A program made the translations under genes and the position numbers. 64,000 nt of DNA from a virus, in IMG/VR virus record IMGVR_UViG_3300042464_001105, positions 24,178 to 88,177 of that record; one strand, written 5' to 3'. A model generated the notes under the pieces. That model saw only the letters and a program-made list of their open reading frames with translations, made no database searches and was not told the DNA's origin. This document shows, piece by piece, positions 58,691 through 64,000 of the stretch. Numbering within the stretch: position 1 is the stretch's first letter; each line of letters begins with the position of its first letter.

Positions 58691-58740
58691 GGTCAGCTCG
58701 CTCCGGGTCAGAAGTTGGATTGTTTGATGAATACCAACTA

Positions 58741-58759
58741 AAGCAGAAGCTGTGCCGAA
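58741..58759 (-). promoter_or_regulatory. Sigma54 (-24/-12) promoter for the helicase operon
   Basis: Minus strand TTCGGCACAGCTTCTGCTT: GG-N10-GC, 50 bp upstream of the ATG. Confidence 0.75.
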
Positions 58760-58866
58760 ACTGTAAAACCAAACTACCGTTTAGTCGTAAGTTGTTTGCT
58801 GCAATGGAGTTAAAAATTATCTCAGCTTAAGGTTCGTACATTGCAGACGCCTGTATGGTAATGTTA

Positions 58867-58881
58867 GTTACTAACAAGTAA
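58867..58881 (-). promoter_or_regulatory. Candidate upstream activator site, copy 1
   Basis: Minus strand TTACTTGTTAGTAAC; 14/15 match to 60585-60599. Confidence 0.55.
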
Positions 58882-58910
58882 TGATCTTTACGTTAAAAGC
58901 AATGATGCTT

Positions 58911-60539
58911 TTACGATCGCGTTCTTCGTGTGGGTTTCCTATTTTTGGTTTCGAGGCCGCTACGAATAAGGTGGCCCGTTAAAACCTGGTGACTGTTGTA
59001 ACCCAACAGTTCAGCGGCCTTATTCTTCACACCATTCGACTGATGCATTGCGCGAGTGAGGTACCGTGTACGAATCTCATCCAAATATGCATCCAGATCA
59101 AATCCGTCTCCGAGCGGTTTGTCCGCCTCAACGGAATTGAGACTTGTGTTGGGTAACTGAGAAAGAGCGGCAGCGATATCACGCTCGGTAATTGTCTTGT
59201 CGATCGACATGACCGCGGATTGAATCAGAACATTCCGCAATTCTCGAACATTTCCTGGCCAATCGTGCTTTCGAACGAATTTCTTGGCATCGTTAGAGAG
59301 AGTTTTGGAGACATATGCTTTGCCGAGTGCTCTCTGGAACTGATCGTTGATTCCAACGAGCATCGTCTCTGCTAAATCCATAACATCCTTACCTCTTTCC
59401 CTAAGAGGCGGTAGCTTGACGGTGATAGTTGCTAGTCGATAAAGCAAATCTTCACGAAACGTTCCTTGTTGAACCATCTTCACTAGATCGCGGTTTGTGG
59501 CAGCCACAATACGAACATCCGAAACGCGGTCCGACGTCGCGCCAACTGGACGAAAAACTCGGTAGCATGCCCCCTTATCATGTGGTGGTTGCAACGCTCT
59601 AAGCAGTTTTGCTTGAAGTCCAAGATCGCATTCTCCCACCTCATCTAAGAAAAGCGTTCCGCCATCAGCTTGTTCTAGTAGACCTTTTCGGTCTTTGTCA
59701 GCACCGGTGAATGCGCCTTTGATATGGCCAAACAGCTCAGACTCAATCAATTCCTTTGAAATTGCTGCACAATTGACTGAATACAGCGCCTTGTTGTGGC
59801 GACCACTGGCCTTGTGGATCGCATCGGCAAACATCTCTTTGCCGGTCCCGCTTTCACCAAGAATCAAGACTGGCACGTCGTGGATTGCAGCTCTTTTCGC
59901 TCTTCCAACTGCCAGTCGAATCGCTTCGCTGTCGCCGACAATGCTCTCAAAGCCCTGAGTCTCCTGGGGACTCTGGCTCTGCAAATGCTGCATCAATCGA
60001 TCTGGCTCCCGCATAAACTGCGGTAACACATCGACGGTGATATCAAACGGGATTTCCGTTTTTAGGATATGGTTGGACTTGGTGTCGAAATCAAAGTGTG
60101 TTTGAAAGAGTGTCGCTGGGTATTTGCTTTTGCCGAGGAGAACCCAAATCGATGCCATCGCTGGCGTCCCCGGGCTGAGATGAAAGCATAGCTCATCACC
60201 GCGCTCTAGCTTCAAAGACTCAAGGATGGGATCGACTATCTGGAATATTCGCCCGTGATCCGTAGGGTTTTTGATGTCAGCGGTGTGGATAGTGGCTTTT
60301 ACATTCAGCCATTTGGAGAACTGCTGCAAAAGGGAGCGATCGTAGTTGCCAATCAAATGGATGTCCGTGAAACGCTCTGTGTCGAGCAAAGTTTTAATCG
60401 GTCCGTCGCCTTCTGCTGGATTCTTTCCCTTCAATACTTTCCTGACGGACTCTTGATGCACTGCTGTTAATGTAGAGTTCCGGCTCCATGCACCAAGATC
60501 TGTAAGTCCAACCCAGGTTGCAAGAATTCTTCGTGTCAT
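58911..60539 (-). CDS. Sigma54 enhancer-binding protein with RtcR/CARF-like N-terminal domain
   Basis: GESGTGKE, ESELFGH, GAFTGA, LFLDEVG, AATN, FREDL.YRL, WPGNVREL, C-terminal HTH; N-terminal WVG.TD...HLSPGTPAM..IW. Confidence 0.92.
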   Translation of the reverse strand: MTRRILATWVGLTDLGAWSRNSTLTAVHQESVRKVLKGKNPAEGDGPIKTLLDTERFTDIHLIGNYDRSLLQQFSKWLNVKATIHTADIKNPTDHGRIFQIVDPILESLKLERGDELCFHLSPGTPAMASIWVLLGKSKYPATLFQTHFDFDTKSNHILKTEIPFDITVDVLPQFMREPDRLMQHLQSQSPQETQGFESIVGDSEAIRLAVGRAKRAAIHDVPVLILGESGTGKEMFADAIHKASGRHNKALYSVNCAAISKELIESELFGHIKGAFTGADKDRKGLLEQADGGTLFLDEVGECDLGLQAKLLRALQPPHDKGACYRVFRPVGATSDRVSDVRIVAATNRDLVKMVQQGTFREDLLYRLATITVKLPPLRERGKDVMDLAETMLVGINDQFQRALGKAYVSKTLSNDAKKFVRKHDWPGNVRELRNVLIQSAVMSIDKTITERDIAAALSQLPNTSLNSVEADKPLGDGFDLDAYLDEIRTRYLTRAMHQSNGVKNKAAELLGYNSHQVLTGHLIRSGLETKNRKPTRRTRS

Positions 60540-60584
60540 TGATTGCTCGACTCTTCATATCTAAGGCAACAGACGTAACCAAGT

Positions 60585-60599
60585 TTACTTGTTCGTAAC
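60585..60599 (+). promoter_or_regulatory. Candidate upstream activator site, copy 2
   Basis: TTACTTGTTCGTAAC about 150 bp upstream of the second sigma54 promoter. Confidence 0.55.
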
Positions 60600-60748
60600 A
60601 TAGCTTACACGCAAGATCTTGGAAAACACTCGCGGTAATAAGGAAAACGGAACCAAAACAATTTTATTCAAGGTTTTACCTGCAAAATATCAAGCGTTTG
60701 TGCGGTTTTACTATTCGATTCGAGGTGATTCACCTCCCTCCATGATAC

Positions 60749-60767
60749 TTCGGCACGCTTTCTGCTT
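60749..60767 (+). promoter_or_regulatory. Sigma54 (-24/-12) promoter for the DUF2130 gene
   Basis: TTCGGCACGCTTTCTGCTT: GG-N10-GC, 55 bp upstream of the ATG. Confidence 0.75.
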
Positions 60768-60822
60768 TTTGTCAAATCATCGAAACAGATGTTACCACCC
60801 TTTCTAACTTGAGAGATAGACT

Positions 60823-62079
60823 ATGCAACTTCCAGTCGTTTGCCCTCATTGCCAAAATGAATTTCAGTTGACTGATGTGATGTACTCGCAGATTCAGAGT
60901 CGAGTCCGTAGTGAGTTGGCTGCTGAGACTACAGCCAAGCAGCGTAAGTTTGAAGAACTTGCCTTGTTGTTGAGTCAACGTGAAGCAAAGCTAGAGGCCG
61001 AACTGAAGTCGCTGCCAGAGCAAATTCAAGAAGCTATTGAACTCGAGCGGATGCGACTTGAAACGGAAGCCGCATGCAAAGCTCGCAAAGAGCTAGAGGT
61101 AGAACTGAGGGACCGTGACGAGCAACTAGCAGAGAAAGATCAAAAGCTCAAGCAATCGCAGGCAGCCGAACTCGAACTGCGAAAGAAACAACGCGATCTC
61201 GAATCGGAAAAGGCTGAACTCGAACTTGAGGTGGAGCGAAAACTAAATGAAGGCCGGCAGAAGCTTCGCGATGAAGCTTTGAAACAGTTCGAGGAGAAGC
61301 ACTTGTTGAAGGACGCTGAGAAAGACAAGATGATCAACGACCTCAAGCGAAACATGGCGGACATGGAGCGTCGCTTGGAACAAGGTTCGCAACAACTGCA
61401 AGGTGAGGTGCTCGAGATTGAGCTGGAGTCGCTGCTTCGACGTACATTCCCAATCGATGCAATTGCTGAAGTTGCAAAAGGGTTCTCGGGTGGTGATGTT
61501 ATCCAGACTGTCATGGACCAACGCGGTTCAAAATGCGGACAAATACTTTGGGAGTCAAAACGAACAAAGAACTGGAGTAATAGTTGGCTTGCGAAGCTAA
61601 AAGACGACATGCGTTCCAGCAGAGCTCAGTGTGGTGTAATTGTCAGCGAAGCACTGCCTGACGAAGTGAAGCATTTCATGTTCATCGACGGCGTTTGGGT
61701 GTGCACCTGGTCGTGTGTCGCCGCATTGGCCTCCGCTTTACGGCAAGGGCTCATCGAAATTGGGCGCAGTCAACTATCTGCACAAGGTCAGCACGAGAAG
61801 ATGGCTGTCTTGTACAGCTATCTCTCTAGTTCCGAGTTTCGTCATCGCATTGAGGCAATACTCGATTCTTTGGTCGCAATGGAACAGGAACTTGCGAGTG
61901 ACAAACGAGTTCAGCTCGCTCGGTGGTCCAAACGTGGTAAGCAGATACAAAGAGCGATCGAAACCTCAGTGAGCCTATATGGCGATCTGCAAGGAATCCT
62001 TGGGGCAACGTTGCCGGATCTTCAGTCGATGACATTAGAAGCTGATTGCGAAGACCCTCGACTGACTCTCGCGGAGTAG
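60823..62079 (+). CDS. DUF2130 coiled-coil protein (RmuC-like nuclease-fold C-terminus)
   Basis: CPHC, long coiled coil, GSQQLQGEVLE..LE, GGDVIQ, ILWESKRTKNWS..W..KLK.D. Confidence 0.88.
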   Translation: MQLPVVCPHCQNEFQLTDVMYSQIQSRVRSELAAETTAKQRKFEELALLLSQREAKLEAELKSLPEQIQEAIELERMRLETEAACKARKELEVELRDRDEQLAEKDQKLKQSQAAELELRKKQRDLESEKAELELEVERKLNEGRQKLRDEALKQFEEKHLLKDAEKDKMINDLKRNMADMERRLEQGSQQLQGEVLEIELESLLRRTFPIDAIAEVAKGFSGGDVIQTVMDQRGSKCGQILWESKRTKNWSNSWLAKLKDDMRSSRAQCGVIVSEALPDEVKHFMFIDGVWVCTWSCVAALASALRQGLIEIGRSQLSAQGQHEKMAVLYSYLSSSEFRHRIEAILDSLVAMEQELASDKRVQLARWSKRGKQIQRAIETSVSLYGDLQGILGATLPDLQSMTLEADCEDPRLTLAE

Positions 62080-62200
62080 TACGACGAGCAGTTAGCGCTA
62101 GGTACTTTGTCCAATTCAGATTCACGGTTCTCAATAGACGCGTGACTAACCTTCAATCCAAATCATCTCTCAGCAAATCTTTGGTTTTAAACGAACACAA

Positions 62201-63106
62201 ATGGAAACTATAGTAACTGTCGTTGTGATGCTGGCGTTTGCAGCTCTGGTGGGAATGCGACTCGCTAACTCTCGGTCCTCAACGCTCGTCTTGCAAGAAT
62301 TCAAAGTGGATCGCTTGCCATCACGGCGAGCGAAGAAGGAAGTTGAAATCGTAGGAAGACTGCAAGGCATCATTGCATTTTGCTTATCCCTACTGGGATT
62401 CAGTCCGATCACACGTTTCTTTATTGCAGGAAGCGAGCTTCGCTGCGAATCTTCCAGTTTGTTTGGGCAAAGGCTGCAATTCATTCCCCTTCGTTCCGTA
62501 TCGAACGTATCTGCAGGTGTGCACAAACCGTTTGCTGCGATCGTGTTCGCAGTGGCTCTACCGTTTGTTGGACTTTATCTTCTTGTTGTCACCGAAAGCT
62601 GGATCAGTATCGGCGTTTGCTTACTGGGCTCGGCGATATTGATCTTGGTGTATGTTCTTTCAAAGAAATTCTATCTAGAAATACACAGCCAGGGCGGTCC
62701 ATCGATTGGACTACTTTTCATACCCAACGTCATTGAAGGTGTACCAATTGATGTTGAACGCGCGTTGTCTATTGTCACAGTCATTCGCGATCTGGTTGTC
62801 GATTCCAACGAGAGACCAAACATAAATGCCATTGATAACTTCGGCGATGCAATCGCTGAACCGTCAACAGAATGGATGACGGAGCCCGCCGCAGAGCTCC
62901 TGAGCGAGCAGTTGCAACCTCCACCAATTCCAAACGATGACTTGGAAGCGAAAAAGCTGTTTGCTCAAGCAAGGGAACTTTCACAGGAAGGAAAGACTGA
63001 TCTGGCAATTGCCGTGTTGCGTGAAATCATTTCCAAATACCCGAACTCTGGAGCTGCGGCACAAGCGAAGCGAAGTCTTCAGCGAAGTGGGATATCAGAG
63101 AATTGA
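62201..63106 (+). CDS. Membrane protein with C-terminal TPR-like helix pair
   Basis: Several TM segments; AKKLFAQA...GK...AIAVLREIISKYPNS..A..A. Confidence 0.7.
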   Translation: METIVTVVVMLAFAALVGMRLANSRSSTLVLQEFKVDRLPSRRAKKEVEIVGRLQGIIAFCLSLLGFSPITRFFIAGSELRCESSSLFGQRLQFIPLRSVSNVSAGVHKPFAAIVFAVALPFVGLYLLVVTESWISIGVCLLGSAILILVYVLSKKFYLEIHSQGGPSIGLLFIPNVIEGVPIDVERALSIVTVIRDLVVDSNERPNINAIDNFGDAIAEPSTEWMTEPAAELLSEQLQPPPIPNDDLEAKKLFAQARELSQEGKTDLAIAVLREIISKYPNSGAAAQAKRSLQRSGISEN

Positions 63107-63285
63107 AACGACGGGGATTCTGGATGTCTCAATGGCAGATTCTTGTTTCCACTGTGAGGGCTGTCTCGCTTTCGACTTCAGAGGTGATCTGATTCGGTCC
63201 GGGTTTCGGCTTTTCAAAGACTGCGACAAGTTTTTGGAAAGATTGGATGCGATTCGCAGAGCTTGCCATTTGTTTCTTTACATCT

Positions 63286-64000
63286 TCAGATGAGCGCCAC
63301 CGGAAAACGAAGCTTTTCGAGGAACCAATCGAGCAAAGCTAGAAGCTTGGTCAAATCCTTGTCATCGACGATTTGATCCAGTTCGACACACGGCAAACCT
63401 CGCATACCTCCTCGAATGTTGAAGCCAGGAAGCGACTCCAATTTTGTTTGCATTTCTGCGATTACTTCGGGTTGGGAAAATTGGGGATGCGAAACGAGAT
63501 TTCGCATTCGAAAGACGAGTTTGCCATGATGCTTGCACGTTAACGGCGTCTCGATTCTGTCTCCAACGCGGATTCCTGGCGTAAACGCAACTTCTCGTGT
63601 CGCCTGAGTAAAGTCCATTTCGCAACCACGAGAAGATGCCCATTCAATAATCGCTTTCGATGCAGCAATCCTCTCAGGAGATCCTTGGCTAGCAACCGCA
63701 TCCATGAACTCGTCGACCTCGATATTGAGCGATACTCCCGAAGATGCAGATCGCTTGGATTGCGATGCAACTGTCTGACCGATAACCTTTGGAACAAGTG
63801 TCTTTAGGCGACGATTGCTCGTAACTCCGCTGGTATAACATCGGCAACAAAAACCAATCGGATTCTTTCCGCGAGTAGATTGGTCTTTACCCGTTCCCAG
63901 AACGACTCGATATCCGCATTCGGTCCGAGGAGTTCCAGCAGTTGCTCGTCTGGCGAAGGGCCATTGCTGTTTTCCTGAGATTCAAATCGTTCTCGGATCT
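63286..64000 (-). pseudogene. Frameshifted conserved hypothetical gene (5' end outside the window)
   Basis: Upstream frame ...RIRLVFVADVIPAELRAIVA stops at 63804-63806; another frame resumes at once with LKTLVPKVIGQT and runs to 63286. Confidence 0.6.

Overview
The window has three parts. (1) 1-29.4 kb is the packaging and morphogenesis half of a siphovirus-like prophage; a Planctomycetota host is inferred from protein style only. It runs from a DNA methylase through terminase, lambda-type portal, protease-capsid fusion, fibre, tail tube, chaperone and tape measure to a Ser-rich protein and two glycosyltransferase-like genes. Two minus-strand cargo blocks interrupt it: eight small genes including an amidoligase, and a PIN toxin-antitoxin pair. 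(2) 29.5-52.8 kb holds csrA, GmrSD and a type 1 BREX locus with two full-length pglX genes, a nested ATPase/nuclease pair and heptamer-repeat insertions. (3) 52.9-64 kb holds an ATPase plus PLD-like pair, a DUF1998 helicase, a sigma54 activator flanked by twin sigma54 promoters with a shared upstream site, a DUF2130 gene and a pseudogene. The most striking observation is that each antisense cargo block in the phage operon is spanned end to end by a stop-free plus-strand frame (about 1529 and 251 codons). Each starts at the upstream gene's stop and ends overlapping the downstream gene's start, and all eight genes of the first block share one codon register. This suggests selected 'translational bridges' that let antisense cargo sit inside an operon. 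Family assignments come from motif recognition only; no searches were run.
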